Position numbers and translations under genes: made by a program. Below the pieces are notes generated by a model, which was given only the letters and a program-made list of their open reading frames with translations, was not told the DNA's origin and did no database searches. Shown here piece after piece: positions 62,292 through 64,000 of a stretch of 64,000 bases of DNA. The first letter of the stretch is position 1. Each line of letters starts with the position of its first letter. The stretch is taken from contig OZ024742.1 in the NCBI GenBank assembly GCA_964016885.1, positions 159,712,001 to 159,776,000 of the forward strand, given 5' to 3'. This DNA is from Eledone cirrhosa. Its lineage: Eukaryota.

Positions 62292-62662
62292 TCCTTTGTC
62301 AGTGTTGAACAAACGAGTAACGATGGTTGCTGGACACTACGGCTTAATAATACGGGATGTTTGTTTACAAACACACCGAGCATTATAATAAATGTTCGGT
62401 GAATCCATACGTACATATATATATGTGTGCATGTATGTATATATATATATACATACTACTGTACGCCTGTATACATATATGTATGTCCGTGTACATACTT
62501 ATATTTAAGTAACAGCCGTACTAAGAGTGGGAAATGAAATTTCGTTTCATTTTTCCGTTCCCCAGTGAAGTAACAACCCAACAAGGAACTGGGCATATCA
62601 GAGTATTGACAATATCATACACCTAAACAACATATGTACTTGTCTATACCATACTAATTCAA

Positions 62663-62717
62663 ACTGCCTGAAGAGGTCACAGCCAAAGATGGCTGTCACT
62701 GAAATATATATAGCAGT
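62663..62717 (+). ncRNA. Minimal type I hammerhead ribozyme motif
   Basis: ACTGC-CTGAAGA-GGTCACAGCCA-aaga-TGGCTGTCACT-GAAA-TATATA-TA^GCAGT. Perfect 5-bp stem I, 10 of 11 pairs in stem II. Confidence 0.82.
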
Positions 62718-62858
62718 AATAAACGAAGCTAAATTTTAATCATTTGACTTTTATTTAACTTTATTTTACACTACTCCGGAGTAACCAAACCAACCTGCGC
62801 ACTTCGTCGAGTGCTCCAGCCTGCATACTGAGGTGTTGGTATACAACCAACATAAACT

Positions 62859-63692
<834 letters not shown>

Positions 63693-64000
63693 AGAGAGAT
63701 ATGTTTTGCGAGGTTTTTGATATGAAATCGTGTGTCGAATAATATTGACAGAAATTATAACAGAACACAATCACTGTTTTGTGGGTTTTCGCTTCTGCAT
63801 CTTTTATATCTCCATAGTTAATTCATTTGGTCCTCAATGTTTATCATTGACTGACCAACGTTCAAAAATACAGATATATATATATATATATAGTCTACCA
63901 AAGTTCTTTCGTTGCGCATCTGCAACATCATCAGTGGAACTATTATCATGTTCCCTCCTATTGTGTTGTGTTTACGCCATTTTTATTTTATTTATTTATT

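Overview
AT-rich, repeat-dense animal genomic DNA. A cephalopod (Octopus-like) origin is inferred from the SINE/LINE repertoire and very long (TA)n arrays; this was not confirmed by any search. One host gene can be assembled by eye on the + strand (CDS 10947-41464, 9 coding exons, all introns phase 1, about 604 aa). It encodes a type I membrane protein with signal peptide, MANSC/MANEC cysteine domain, Ser/Thr/Asn-rich stalk, TM helix and the MANSC1/C11orf24-type tail YSRIDYLVNGMY. Its stalk has been extended by four tandem copies of one exon. The rest is mobile DNA: RTE LINEs (one with an uninterrupted 960-codon ORF), tRNA-derived SINEs sharing the RTE tail, CRE-clade fragments (one with a twin-priming inversion), a Penelope-like RT/GIY-YIG element, a CR1-like LINE, mariner and piggyBac-type MITEs, and a 200-N gap. 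The most unusual signal is a set of minimal type I hammerhead ribozyme motifs (six recognisable, two degenerate). Four of them sit as mirror pairs in the arms of long non-coding fold-back elements at about 20.5 kb and 50-52 kb. All alignments, folds and family assignments were made by eye or from memory of motifs.
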